This document shows, one piece after another, positions 1-24,570 of a stretch of 64,000 nucleotides of DNA. The notes below the pieces were generated by a model. It ran no database searches and was not told where the DNA came from. It saw nothing but the letters and a program-made list of their open reading frames with translations. Source of the DNA: Chrysomallon squamiferum (taxonomy: Eukaryota; Animalia; Mollusca); NCBI GenBank assembly GCA_012295275.1, contig CM022665.1, positions 42,966,001 to 43,030,000 of the forward strand, read 5' to 3'. Numbering within the stretch: the stretch's first letter is position 1; each line of letters begins with the position of its first letter. Position numbers and translations under genes: made by a program.

Positions 1-112
1 TACTAAATATTATCTAACATCTTTGATACTAAATAATATCTCACCTCTTTGATACTAAATATTATTTAACCTGTTTGATACTAAATAATATCTCACCAGT
101 TTGCTACTCAGT
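1..112. repeat. 26-bp minisatellite (end of array) in intron of paralog A
   Basis: About 4 copies of tttgatactaaat(a/t)atat(c/t)t(a/c)acct(g/c) just upstream of the acceptor at 143. Confidence 0.8.
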
Positions 113-143
113 GTTATTAAATCTGTTGTATGTTATATTTCAG

Positions 144-2982
144 GCTGGTTGTACGAGTATTCTGAATCAGTCTCTATTGAAAAAGGGCTACAGCAGCGTT
201 GATGAGATGCAACTTGAGTTCTGCACCAACAACTACTATGAGATGGTGGCCATCATTCACATCTACATGAAGGGCAACATCACCTCTGACTACCAGGATC
301 TCTTCTTGGAGGAGCGTGAGTACAACATATTCCCGTTCCAACCAAAGCTCTTTGACAACAGATATAATGATATGTGAACGCACACTTACATAGACACGCA
401 CTCAGTCAGTAATCACAACTGCTAATACTGACAATATGCTGAAAAATTTAAGCATAGAAATAAAACAACTTACACAAATACATGTATATTCCAGTGAATG
501 CAGAATATTATATTTTCCCTGTTGTTCTTTGTTTTTCAGAATTTATCTGTCCCAGTGTTGGGTTTTACCAGTACCTGAAGAAGGACTACCTCACACAGAT
601 TCTCTCTTGGCAGAAGGACTCAGGGTGTTTTTATGACAAGCAAACACAGTCGTCAAGATACATACTGAAAGACCTAAAGCATCCAGTTGTACCATCAAAC
701 ATAAAAATAAATCCTTTGAAATTCAGACCAAAGGAGCCAGGCATGAAGCAGCAGCAGCAACAGCAGCAACAGCAACAGCAGCAGCAGCAGCCAGGCCTGG
801 TTCACAATGAAGTTCAAGCAGCAAAGAAACAGAACGTCATTCAGCAGATTCAGAACCATCAGCAGCAGCCAAATGTGAGAAACATCGGCCGACAGTTGCC
901 TCCCTTGAAATCAGACTTGAACGTGAAATACCATGGCAACGGGAACCAGCGTGGAAAAGTAGTTACGAATTTTGAAAGGAAGTCAGGACTCCTGCCTCAG
1001 TTTGGTGATAAAAGTTACAGGATGCAGAGGAGACAGACAAGAAGGTTGTTGGTAGAGAAATCAATGGCTGGTTAGTTGACATTTAATATACAGACATTAA
1101 TATTAGTAACATTTGACTATTTACATTTAATATACAGAAATTAAAATAGTAACATTTGATTATTTACATTTAACATACAGTCATTAATAGTTGTAACATT
1201 TAACTATTTACATTTAATATACAGAAATTAAAATAGTAACATTTGATTATTTACATTTAACATACAGTCATTAATAGTTGTAACATTTAACTATTTACAT
1301 TTAATATACAGAAATTAAAATAGTAACATTTGAGTATTTACATTTAATATACAGTCATTAATAGTAGTAACATTTGATTATTTACATTTAATATACAGAA
1401 ATTAATATTAGTAACATTTGATTATTTACATTTAATATACAGACATTAATAGTAGTAACATTTGATTATTTACATTTAATATACAGACATTAATAGTTGT
1501 AACATTTGAGTATTTACATTTAATATACAGACATTAATAGTAGTAACATTTGACTATTTACATTTAATATACAGACATTAATATTTGTTTGCTAACACCT
1601 CAGTATTAACATTGGTTAATGAATATATGTTTAGTGAAATATCAGTGAGTATTAAATTTAACTGGACAGACTGTAGTGATTAATGTTTTAATTACAAAGT
1701 AAATCATGCGATGTCTTTACAGATAGTATCAGAGAAGAAACCTACTGCAGCAATATTATTAACAATATTTTTTAAAATAGTTAACCTGAAGGAATATTTT
1801 GTTTTCACATCAGAACTGAAGTTGTTTTTACAGCTGTTGTTATTTAAGATTGTTTAAGCATTAAAATAACAGAACAATTGCTGAACTTTTATTTTATTTT
1901 TTTTTTATTTTTTTTTTTTACAGTTGTAGCTGTTTAACATTACTTGGTTTCTTACTCTCATTGTCCCTGATTAGGCATCAACAAATATTTTTTGATATGA
2001 ACAAGTTTAAACTTTCTTCCCTCACTGATGTTTTTTTTTTTTTTTTCACAGATGGATGTCTGAGTCACAAGACAGCTGTAGCAGCAGGAGCTCTGGTCAT
2101 GTACCTCAGATACATCATCGACCCCGGTCCCCTCAACCTGACAGCCCTGCACCCAATCCTTCCAGAAAGCTCCAGATCGCTCCTCGAGGAGTTCCGGGAC
2201 TTCCAGAATCAGAAGGTCAAGGGGGAGGGTCTGATCCCCGTGAAGCAGGACCTGGGGGAGGAGATTGTCCTCAACCAGGGGGATGACCGGGAGGCTGTGG
2301 AGGATGGGGAGAGGAAGAGGGGGGTAATGCTGGCGAGGAGATGGAAGAGGAGGAAGAGGAAGAAGAAGAAGAAGAAGAAGAAGAGGAGGAAGATCCAGGA
2401 GATGGAGCTAACGGGAACTACAAGGATGAGGACGAAATGTACCCCGACAAACCGGACAACCCCAACATGGCTGACAAGAAAGTAGTTCGGTTTGGAAACA
2501 ACGGAATGGCGGAACAGAAGAAAATGAATTACGAAGATGATGGCAACGATGATTTTCAACACCAGTACAACGCCGATGATGATGTGCAGCAGCAGCAGCA
2601 GCAGCAGCAGCAGCCAGACAACAGTTTTCAGGCTGGTGCGAAGGGAGGTAATCACGAACAAGAGAACAAAGACGAGGAGGAGTACACGTACTACGACCCC
2701 CCGGACAAAGACCTGGCTGACAAGAATGTCGACGGTGAGAAGCGAGAAAACGTCCCTTTAATTCAAAAACGTGTTCACAAAATAAAGAAAAAAGAGCTCA
2801 GCCTGACTCGAGACGGGGCGTTCGGCAGTGACACTCTGGTGACAAGGCCCAAGCCCGATGACAAAATGTTGTTTTTCATTCTCTCCTGCACCGTTTTACT
2901 AGTTGTTTTTCTAATGTACAGATTTATCAAGAAAAGGAGAATACACATTAGGTACAGTCCACGTAAATTATTTAAGTTATGA
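144..2982 (+). CDS. C16orf89/UPF0764-like protein, paralog A (last three exons; 5' part upstream of window); predicted type I membrane protein
   Basis: Exons 144-315, 540-1070 and 2052-2982 have AG/GT ends in consistent phase. Motifs DLFLEEQFICPSVGFYQYLKKDYLTQILSWQKDSGCF and DGCLSHKTAVAAGAL match the recalled C16orf89 family motifs (ILSWQ..GCF; DGCSSH). These are followed by an acidic/poly-Q linker, hydrophobic MLFFILSCTVLLVVFLMY and basic tail RFIKKRR. An apparent 1-nt deletion near 2306-2312 splits the last exon over two frames. Confidence 0.85.
1080..1585. repeat. 44-bp minisatellite, about 11 copies
   Basis: Unit acatttaatatacagacattaatagtagtaacatttgattattt is repeated in tandem, starting just after the donor at 1071. 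Confidence 0.93.
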
Positions 2983-3402
2983 AAGAGGGTTTTTTTATTT
3001 TCTCTTCTCAGTTTTTTTTGTAAAAAATTAAAAAAATTAAAAATTAAAAAAAAAAGAAGACAGTGTACATACCTGTAAATACCTCCTCTCCTTGTATGGC
3101 AGAAAATATTATTAATTTATTGTAGCACCTGCTTGTTTAGTTTTATGGTATATGTTTTTAGTTACGTTTTTTTAAACTGTGAATGGGTGTGTAAATTTTA
3201 TTTTGCTACGTTTGGTTGTAATGCTTATGTGTGTGCTGCTGTGAGAACACTAAGTTATTTTAAAATATGTGTCCACCACTGAGTTGCCAAATAACAGTCA
3301 ATTTTTGTTGTATGTATTTACACCTTTACAATATATACAGGTATATATATATGTGTATATATATATACACATACATATACATACATATATACATATATCT
3401 AC

Positions 3403-3463
<61 letters not shown>

Positions 3464-5801
3464 GTTGATATATCAAAACCATACCAGTGATATACAAACA
3501 TACAATAATAACAAAATATCAATCAAAGAAAGAGCCTATATTAAAATTGAGTTAAGTCTATTGTAACAAACTATACTGTAATACAGATATTAATCTTCAG
3601 GTTAAATTTAATAGAAATCTTGTAACATTACAATATCATGTCAACATACTAATGATTACTGTTTGTTAAATGTTTTTATAATATTTTTATATTCATCTTC
3701 AAGAGATCTTAGTGTTTCCTGCACTGGAAGTACTAAACTTGCTAATATTTTCTGCTTGTATGCTTTGACATATTCTGAATACATATTTTAATAGCTCTTT
3801 AGATTTCACAAGCTACGTTGTTTATCTAACTTATTAATCATGTGTATTTACCTAGATATCACCACAGGGTGTGTTAAATAAGTTGAATATGTCACAGGAT
3901 TGACTTGTACATATTAAACCAATATTTTTTTTTTTTTCAGATATAAGAAATTAATGTGATTTTTTTTTTTTTTTTAAATATTTAAATGAGGCAGTTCTTC
4001 TTAATAGTTTTGTAAACATATACATATATATATATTTTTAATAATTAATGCATGTATGATTTTTCTTAAGAGTGGAAATTATACTATAAGCATGCACACT
4101 TGGTTGTTTAAGAGTTGAAAAAAGTGAACGTGTTAGTGAAACAATTACTTAAGTTATTTAAAACACAAATCTGTCAGTTTTTCTTACAGGAACTCTACAT
4201 CAATGTTCTGTACTTAATAACTTCTGCTTATTTATACATTTATTCTGTCTGTAAACCTTACACTAAAAATATCTATACTGGTCTTTTTCTAAAAATGTGA
4301 TTTAAATATATTTCTATAGCCTTCACTCTTTTGTCCATAAAGTATTTCAAATTTAGAGTTATGGCCCTTCCTATGTACAAATGATTATATACAGATTTGA
4401 AATATTTTATTTTTTTTTTTTTTTTTTTTAAAATTTCTTTTTTTATTACTGTTAACTGGGACAGTTTTCATGTTATGTGGGGTTTTTTACTGGATAGTTT
4501 TTGAGTGGGTAACTTATCTTTTGAGATTTTTAGATAGAAATATTTAAACAGAAAATGCCTGTATTGTGTGTAGTATGGCATAGTATGTATGGCTATGTGG
4601 TACATAACTGTGTTATATACCAATACTACTTAAAACATATTTCATTATATATATAATGAACAGTGTTATATATCTTATTTTTGTACACCTTTAATATTTT
4701 GAAAGATCAAAAGTGAAATGGCCTATGAAAATTTATAAAAATTAATTAATATTATTTCATACAACTGCAATGTGTGGTTCATGCACTGAAGGTTGTAAGA
4801 GGTTAGATGTTATTTTATTTTTATAACATTTATTATTATTATTATTATTATTTTTTTTTTTTCTTATTATTATGATTACTATTGTTTTTATTATTATTAT
4901 TATTTTTATTATTATTATTATTTTTATTAATATTATTATTATTATTATTATTATGTCATGGTATTCATAACTAATACACTATTCAGTTTCTAAATTACAA
5001 GCAAACAGTAATCAACAATATAAAATTACATTTATATTATTGTATGTATTATATACAAGAATATTTACACCATGGAGTATGTTATAAACAAGAATATTTA
5101 ACTACTAAAAAAACAAAATTACAGATTTTCTTGTTGCAAAGTTTTATTAATGAAATGGTTTGGTTTAAGTAATTTTAAATCTGTGAGATAAATCCTGTAT
5201 GTAGACTGAACTGTTTACTAACATGATTATACTACACTGAGAGTAAAAATTTTCATTGGGTAATACTGGCAAGTCAAAGGTTAGAAAATATGTTAATTAG
5301 TTGAATGATTTTTTTTAATTGTAGATATGTATGTATGTATGTAAGCAGATACACAGATATGATTATAAAAATGTCAAATGAATCCACACATATAAACATG
5401 AACTAACACAAATATGCACACAGATATGCACACAGATACGCATACATATTTTATTTATTTGTTTATCAGTTTAATTTATATGAAAATTATATTTTTTTTT
5501 TGCTAAAAATAAAAACTACAGCATTTCTCTAATCAAAATGTTTAACATTGTTTTTATTTTTTTATTTCATTACCTCTAATTCTTATTTATTTATTTATTT
5601 ATTTAAATTTATTTTAAATCCTGAATGTTTATAACTGGTTTAACAAAATCACAGACAGTCCATGTATTTCAAGCGTAAGATGTTTGTAGCTTGAAGATTT
5701 TTACCTGGTTTTCACCTTATTTTAATATTTGTGTGAACTGTTTTAGCTTTTTAGTTTTTATCATTATTCATACCTCTTTTAAGGCTAGAGTGAAGACAAA
5801 A

Positions 5802-5835
<34 letters not shown>

Positions 5836-5934
5836 TTTTTTTAAACAACAAGAAATATAAGATAATAAGTAGTTCATTGTTTGAAACAGTTTTCTTTTAA
5901 TCTCTTAAAAATAAAATAAAATCATGAATTTAAA

Positions 5935-5976
<42 letters not shown>

Positions 5977-6696
5977 CCCCCCCCCAAAAACAAAAAAACA
6001 AAAAATAAATAAAAATGAAATATATGATAAAATATGACAAATCAAGAAAAATAATGAAGTATGATATTAAAATACCAAAGATATATGGAGGATGCCATTT
6101 TCTTTTATTTCATGATATCATTACATTCTTTTCATTATGTGAACTGACATTATGAAATAAATGAAAATGGAACTTCCATGGAGAGTTTTGAACTTACTAT
6201 TTTTTGTCATACTTTATTACTAGCAAAGGGTGGTGCCTATATACAGATGGTTGCTAGATAGTATGCAATATATGTATATGCAATATATATATATATATAT
6301 ATACTCATACACTTCCATGGGGAGTATATTTAGTAACTTTATTTTTATTATTATATATTGGTGGCTTAAGCTTAGTAGGGTTTTGTTGGGTTGTTTGTTA
6401 TTTTTCCTGTTCCAAACCTCTCCATACATTTTTCACTCCACTTGTTAAAATATTTTTCATTCGGAGTGTTTCTTTTCTTAATAATTATAATATTTTAATC
6501 TTCCTTTATTTATTTATTTATTTATTTATTTGCTTATTTATGCTTATTGCTAGCGTTAAAGTCCCTTGAATAAAGTGGAGAATTGTCTGACTGTCTGTCT
6601 GTCTCTCATTCAGTCTCTGTCTCTCTAAAGCTAGTGATAAATATGTACATATACATTTGTTTATTGACATATTATTTGTTATTTCTTATTATTATA

Positions 6697-6738
<42 letters not shown>

Positions 6739-6829
6739 TATTTTTATTATTTATTACTGTTATTATTGAAATTATTATTTATATTATTATTTATTATTGA
6801 TATTTTTATTATTATTATTGATATTTTTA

Positions 6830-6875
<46 letters not shown>

Positions 6876-7249
6876 TGCTGTACTGTACTGAGAATAATGA
6901 CTGACTGAATATTTAATATGTAAAATGTATTGTATTACCAATAATTAATCAAATAACTATAGATGTAACTTCATTAGTAACCTTTATGTTGCAGATATTT
7001 TGATAATATTCAGCATATCACTAGAGTTCAGTTTCTGACTGATATTACCACTGCTTAGGTAATATTCTGTATGTTAAAAATGTTTCAGTAATATTCTTCA
7101 TATTCTTTGTATTACTCTGACGTTTTATTTGTGTAATATTTATATTACAAATATTCTGGTAATAGTCTCTATGTTTTTGATATTCTGAGTAATATATTTA
7201 TATTTCAAGTCTTTTGGTAACAGTCATTGTTTGTATATGCTTTTGTTAC

Positions 7250-7540
7250 TCAGTAATATATTTTATGTTCAAAATGCTTTGGTAATATTCTGTTCATTAT
7301 AAATGTTTTGGTAATTTTCTGTTCATTGCAAATGCTTTGGTAATATTTTTTTCATTACAAATGTTTTGGTAATATTCTTTTCATTACAAATGTTTTGGTA
7401 ATATTCTGTTCATTACAAATGCTTTGGTAATTTTCTGTTCATTGCAAATGCTTTGGTAATATTCTTTTCATTACAAATGTTTTGGTAATATTCTGTTCAT
7501 TGCAAATGTTTTGGCAATATTATGTTCATTATAAATGTTT
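7250..7540. repeat. About 30-bp minisatellite, degenerating outward to about 7000 and 7950
   Basis: Unit caaatg(c/t)tttggtaatattctgttcatt(a/g) is repeated about 9-10 times. Confidence 0.88.
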
Positions 7541-8966
7541 TTTTAACTCTGCTATTTTCCACAGTATACTCTCCATTGTTTTGGTATTAATCTTTATATT
7601 CTTTATTTAACAAATGTTTTGGTAATGGTAATTATGTGGCAGATGTTTAGTGATGTTTTGGTTTCTATTCTTTGTACAAAAAATATTTGGTAATATTCAC
7701 TTTAGATGTTTTGGTAATATAATTTGTCTAAATTTTTAATACTAATAGTCTTCATATTGAATGTTTTGTAATATTTTTATGTTACAGATATAATGGTAAT
7801 ATTCTACATTTTACAGATGTTTTAGAAATATTCTCTCTTTTACAGATGTTGTGTATTATTTATTATATATCATGTTTTGGTAATACTTTACAAATGTTTT
7901 GTAATATTTCTTAAAACTGTTCTTATTGCAAGTATTTTGTTCTTTATATTGAAAGTTCTTTGGTAAATTATTTAAATTAGAAATAATGACAATAATAATA
8001 ATAATAATAAAATCATTTTCATATAATAATAATAATATACCATCATTAGTATTATATGAAAATTTAATTTTTACATTATTTTTATGTTTTGTATTATATC
8101 AATGTATTATATAATGTATTATATAATTTTATTTTAATTTCAAGTATATATTTTTCAAAATTATTATTATTATTATTATTATAAAATTAAAATGTAAATT
8201 ATAATTTATACCTCATTGATACCATTCTTCCATTCTTCAAAAAGTTGCATCTGTATAAAAATATTTTTGTGATGAAACCAGAATCAAAACTTTTTGTTTT
8301 TGTGAGTAACATTTATACACTTCTTAGTGATATATATATATATATATATAAAACTTTTTAACTTTTTTTTTTTTTCTATTTTCGCAAACATCCATTTCAA
8401 AACTTTAACCATGTCTTAAACATTTAGTCAGAATCTCTGTTGTCTGTACATCTGTTCTTTTTAAAACTATTTCTTTAAACAAAAATCTGTTGTTATTTCC
8501 TACATTTTAAATCAAATACTTAAGATGCCTTTTTATATTTGTAATTATAAAAATATCAAAATGTGTGATCGTCCTGTATTCAAAATAAATGAACATGCAA
8601 CTTTATTTTTCTCTTCTTTTTTAAAGTCTTTGTTCTGGGGGGGGAGGACAGGGGTGGAAAAAAGATCTGCAGATCTTTAGAATATACTGAGCTTGAAAGT
8701 ATATTATATTATTTATTTTTTAATTACATGTTAATAATTTATTACTATTATTATTATTATTTTAATTTTTTTTGCTTAATGCATATTTTTATCCTTTGTA
8801 TTTACCATAATTTGTGTTCGTTTGGAAACATTATGTGCAATCCTAACTTCCAGTTTGATAATAAAAACATAAATCAAAATGTTTGTGTGTTAAATGTCTG
8901 TTGTGGTTTGGAGTATCAATTTTTGTATTATTATTATTATTTATTATTATTATTTTTACTATTATA

Positions 8967-9029
<63 letters not shown>

Positions 9030-9272
9030 CATTATTATTATTATAATTTTTTTTGATATCTGGTGAATCTTGCTCAGCAACTTAAAGGAAAAATATTTTA
9101 AAGTAACACAGAAATTTAAAAGTTATTTGTTAATACTATTATTATTATTATTTGTTATTACTTATTATTATCATTATTACTTTTATTATTATTATTAATA
9201 TTATTGCTACTGCTACTACAGTTATTATTTATTATTTCTATTATTATTTTTTATTATTACTATTATTATTAC

Positions 9273-9321
<49 letters not shown>

Positions 9322-9524
9322 TTAGGGAAGAAAAAAGTAAGATATTTGTGTTATGCTTCTTTTAATGAGCAAAAAATCAGATATCATAAGATATAGTCAG
9401 TTAAACAGAAAATACAAAAATAATAAAAAGAAAAAATATTCTTGAAATTACTTTATTCTTTATTCAGAGAGTGAAACTGATACTAACACCATCATGAACT
9501 GATTTTAAAATGGACAACCAAAAC

Positions 9525-9630
9525 TGGACAGTGTGGCTCAGTGCTTAGAGTGCTGGCTTAGTGCATGATCAGTAACTAGATCTATCCTCATCAGGGCCCA
9601 CTTTGAACTACATCTCATTCCAGCACGCGA
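9525..9630 (+). mobile_element. Degenerate tRNA-derived SINE head
   Basis: A-box-like GTGGCTCAGTGCTTAGAGTGCT followed by ...gatctatcctcatcagggcccactttgaactacatctcattccagc, resembling a recalled gastropod SINE with CpG decay. A related copy lies on the minus strand at about 19765-20122. Confidence 0.5.
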
Positions 9631-9930
9631 TATTTTGAAATAATGCATTTTATAATTTTTGGGAAGGCTTACATGACACAGCCCATTCTGCTAACTGGTA
9701 AGATTAACTAACTGACTGAGTAGTGATATTATTGAACGAAAGCTTATGTTTGACACATATTAAGACTATGATGCAACTTGATACAAAAAAATATTTGATT
9801 TCAAACTTAATACACACAGATACACACACTGACACGTACAAAACTTCATTATGAACCGTTTCCAACAATAAATTATTAAAATTATTTCGTGAGAAAACAA
9901 AAATCCATTTTGTTGTCATAAATAATTTAT

Positions 9931-19280
<9,350 letters not shown>

Positions 19281-19764
19281 TTTTGTTTCCGTTTTTAACC
19301 AATTTACGTTTCCAGGCGGCAGATGTCAGTAACACGTTGATGGGAGGGTTGTAAAAAAATTATGGAATACCGTTTTGCCATAATTTGTCTCAAACACTAC
19401 TATACGTTTTAATGGAATTTTGCTACTAAGTTCGGGAGTGTGGTTCACGAAAGGCGTGCTTGAAAATCTTCTCTGAAAAAAATTATATTAATCTGTATCT
19501 AATTATCTCACTATATGTCTGTCTGTCTGTATGTCTGTCTAACGATATATCCGTTTATTTAACGATTTGTTTGTCTGTCTGTCTATCTGTCTATCTCTCT
19601 ATCGATTAGTCTACTTCTATCTACATATCAGTCTATTTATATGTATATGCACGTATGACATATATAACTAACAGTAAATGTTTGTATGATGATAATAATT
19701 ATGACATCATGCAGGTTATATTTATTTACATTTTACCATGTATTTAAAACAAGGGATCTTTTGT

Positions 19765-19967
19765 AATGGTTGGAACTGGAAAAAAGCCTAGTGGACGTAC
19801 CGAAACGGAGTTACCCTCCGATCGAAGGCGTATCACGCTATCATTGATATAATCTTTGTATAAGCAACACAGTAAAGTAAAGACAGTAAATTTTTGTGTC
19901 ATGATGTTGGTGGAACGGGAAACAACAACAGTAATGATAATAATAAAAAATAAAAATAATAATGAGG

Positions 19968-19999
<32 letters not shown>

Positions 20000-20004
20000 T
20001 AAAA

Positions 20005-20039
<35 letters not shown>

Positions 20040-20054
20040 AAATAATAATAATAA

Positions 20055-20087
<33 letters not shown>

Positions 20088-20122
20088 TAATTACCATTCT
20101 AACCACTGATTAAGCATCACGG
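19765..20122 (-). mobile_element. Degenerate SINE copy interrupted by (TAA)n-rich sequence
   Basis: The reverse complement of 19765-19840 (gcgtgatacgccttcgatcggagggtaactccgtttcggtacgtccactaggcttttttccagttccaacca) parallels the 9525 element. An A-box-like cagtggttagaatg lies at about 20095-20110. Confidence 0.4.
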
Positions 20123-20244
20123 TAAAGTTAAAAAGCAGGTGTTACAATTGTTTGTTTTTTTTTGTTTGTTTTTTTAATGTCAGATGTTCGTAATGAACGG
20201 TCAGAACCATTCTTTTTTTAGAATCGTATTGGAAGAAAAAAAAA

Positions 20245-20286
<42 letters not shown>

Positions 20287-20756
20287 AATAATAGAATTAT
20301 CACCATCATCATCATTATTATTATTATTTATTTATTTATCTTAAATTAATGGACATAAATATGAATTTCTTAAATTTGATTAACTTTTTACCACTTTATA
20401 TTTATTTACTACAAAAACGTAATGAAATTTTTATTTATTTATTTATTTATTTATTTATTGTTCAGACCGTTTGGGAATATTTTAGCTGTGAATTACCTCA
20501 CATGGCTGGTAAAGCAGAATTACAAGGAAGTAGTCCGTGCTTTTTTATTTTTATTTTTATTATATCGACTCGTGATTATGAATACCTTTTTACCGTGTAA
20601 TATCTTAGTCTATTCTGAGCTTCTATTTTTTATATCTCTTGAATTTTTCTTTCCTACTTTTTTCGTTTTCTTTCTAACTTTCTCTTTTCTTTCTTTCTTT
20701 CTAATATTTTTTTAATTTTTTTAATTTTTTTATTTTTTTGAATTTCTGCCATTTCA

Positions 20757-20794
<38 letters not shown>

Positions 20795-21264
20795 TTTTTC
20801 TATTTTTTTTTTTTTTTCTTTTCTTTTTTTTTTTTTTTTTTTTTTTTTTATATTCCTTCTTCCTTGTTCGCATTTTATTTCGCGGAAAAACTCGGGGTAA
20901 AATGTTTACATCGTTATCGCGTATTTGTTTGTGCCTGTTTACATTAGGCATGTCTGGGAATTCCCCCGCACGTCGACTGACACCGTGCATGTTTTTGACC
21001 CCAGAACGAATAGAATCACAGCGACAATTAGAAGACTCGGAGTTAACGACGAATGCTCACGTGAGACGTCGTGGGTTATAAGATCAAATCTCCTTCACCG
21101 CAACGTTGATCTAAATCCCATTGTATTTGTATTTGTTTGTATTTGTATGTGTGTGTGTGTGTCTGTCTGCCTCTCTCTCTGTCTCTGTCTGTCTGTCTGT
21201 CTCTCTATCTCTCTCTTTCTCTCTCTCTTTATGTCGTCTCTGTCTCTCTCTTTCTCTCTCTCTT

Positions 21265-21335
<71 letters not shown>

Positions 21336-22352
21336 TTTTTTCATTCTTTCAGTATCATACACTTTCCTATTTTAAAATGAAGGTATGATCTAAGGTCTGA
21401 AGGTTCCATGGACCAGATATCGTCAGCTGTACATATGTGATAAATATGTCACTGCGGATCAAAAGCCGTAGTGTGTGTACTTCTATGAGTTTGAGAAGTT
21501 GCTTTAAAATATATTTCATTGACGTTATCTTAAATGTATCTCACGTACGTATGTATGCGTGTGTGTGTTTGAGAGTGTGTATGAGTGCTTATGGGTGTGT
21601 GTATGTTTGTATGTATGCATGTATATATGGATATATGTGTGTATGTATGTATGAATGTGTATATCTATGTATGTATGTGTGTATGTGTCTGTATGTATCT
21701 ATGTGCATACATATGTATGTATAGGTTTATATTATATACTATTAAATAAATATAATTAGTACAGTTAAATTCAGACAGTATGCATTGTGTATAAAACAAC
21801 ACAAACAAACAGACACGCAATACCTGACTCGTTAGATAAGGAACAAAGTTTAAGTTCAGTCAGTGGGTGGAAATATGCACTTTTAAAAAAACAAACAAAA
21901 AACACACAACAATCTAACACTCTTGGAAAAGACTGAAAAACATAACGGGTGCTTACACGAGCTCACCAATCCTTTAAAAGGTTTTTGTATAGCACTGAAA
22001 TATCAGATAGATAGACAGACTGATATAAAGTTTTCCGATGACAAGAAAATACAAGGTGTTTAGGTGAGGTGATCGTGACACGGTTTTATTTTAAATGGTG
22101 ACCTACTTCCTACTTACCTGTACTTTTGAACTTCAGCGTACCTCCATCCCCCGCCCAGTTGTAGCGTCCTGTGGACACATTTCTGTTCTCTGTGATGAAA
22201 ATGTACGTGTACGTGTGCTGCTGCACACAAACAGTCACCTTGTGTACGTCTGACTCTATGTTTGTTGATCTCTGTTGTTTTTAATTTTTTTAATTTTTAC
22301 ATTTTTCTCTTCAGATCACTCCCCTTTATTTTCTTCTAAAATTATGTCCGTG

Positions 22353-22417
<65 letters not shown>

Positions 22418-22512
22418 AAATTTATATTACTGTCTATTTTTATTTATTTAGTTAGTTTCTCTGCTTTGTTATTGGTTAAAAGACACTATCTATTTTTATT
22501 TATTTATTTAGT

Positions 22513-22594
<82 letters not shown>

Positions 22595-23375
22595 CTGCGA
22601 ATATATGCAGGCATACATACATACAAACACACAAACACAAAAAACACAGATACAGACATACAAACAAATATATTCATCAGACACAATATTTTTCATTTTC
22701 TTCTATTCCATTTTTTTATCTTCTATTTTTAAAATTTATTGTTTTTTTTTTTTTTATTTTTTTTTTTTTTTTTTTTATTTAGTAATATTATTATTCAGTA
22801 TACACGGATATAAAAAGACTGTCTATGTCACAATTTTAAAACGGAAATATTAAAACAATTTTGTTTATACATTTCCCGTTGGCGGGATCGTTACTGCTGA
22901 AGTGTAAAGAATTAAGATAGCGAGATATATTAATAACAAGATAATAAAGATCTCGATAAAACCGAAATCGTGATGAATAAATATTTATAATTGCGATGAA
23001 ACAGGATGGGTAAAGTTACATAAAGATTTTCCGTGCTGTAACGGTTCTGAATTTCGACATGCCGGAACTTTTCTGCACACCTGTGTTGTTGTTATTGGTT
23101 TACAATCACTGTCTCCCAGTCGTACCCTGAATACAGGGGTAACCGTTAAATGTGCGAAAAACAACGAAAATCCGGTTTCGCCGTATAATTATTACGTGAG
23201 TTTCTGATTTTGTAACTTCCTGAAGCAGGGGTATGCAGCCTGCGGTGGTCCACTGACCCCTTTTTGTAAGGAAAATTATTCATACGCGCGCGTGCGCACA
23301 CACACATATACACATTCACGCACACACAAAAAAAATACATCGTGTTTATCTGTGCGTGTTCGTGTATGCATGTGT

Positions 23376-23773
<398 letters not shown>

Positions 23774-23789
23774 AAGCAGTTTTGGGGCT

Positions 23790-23862
23790 CTGTTGCAAAG
23801 GAAAATATTCCCAAGAACGTCATCAACTCATCGGTATCAATATCTAACCATTGAGTCACAGA
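23790..23862 (-). mobile_element. Possible piggyBac transposase relic
   Basis: The minus-strand peptide VTQWLDIDTDELMTFLGIF resembles the W-x-D-x4-E-(L/M)-x2-FLG-(L/I) motif of piggyBac/PGBD transposases; the fragment is short and truncated by a microsatellite. Confidence 0.35.
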
Positions 23863-24064
23863 GATATTATTGCTTAATCCATTGTTATAATCTCCGAGAC
23901 ACTGTCATACTTGAAATACTTAAGGATCTAGAAGACAAAAGCACACTTTGCACGAAGTAATCTGGCGCGCCCCTGCAACATAATACGATACCCTGATCTA
24001 GGAACAAGATCCTTAAACCATTTCTATGAATAAACATGATGTTATATGATAGCTGAGCTTTATA

Positions 24065-24125
<61 letters not shown>

Positions 24126-24539
24126 GCTGCTGCTGTTGTTTTTATTGTTATTTTTGTTTTTGTCGTCGTCATCATCACTGTTATTATTATTATCATCATC
24201 ATCGTCGTCATCATTATAATGATCTTTTTCATTAAATATAAAAAATAAAAATTATTTATTTATTTCATTTTATAATAGTTTAATTTAAACTAATTTATTT
24301 GTATTATTTAGACATTTATTTACATATTCATTTATTGATTTGTTTGTTTCTTTTTCTTTGTTTATTATGTTATTGTTGATTTATTTGGGTTTTAAAACTG
24401 AACAAATTTGTCTTTTCTTAGACAAATCTATGAATGTATATATATATATACATAAAAAAAATATATAGTTACTTTCATATTAATTTATTTCCTTTTTTTT
24501 TTATTAATATTATTTTTTTGATCGCTTTGTTATTTAGAA

Positions 24540-24570
<31 letters not shown>

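Noticed and set aside
2310-2485. Protamine-like or NLS-rich basic peptide
   Set aside because: It is the shifted reading of a GAA/GAG poly-Glu tract; the paralog supports the acidic frame.
9525-9630. Functional tRNA gene
   Set aside because: Only an A-box-like start; no intact TTCGA B-box or cloverleaf, so it was treated as a SINE relic.
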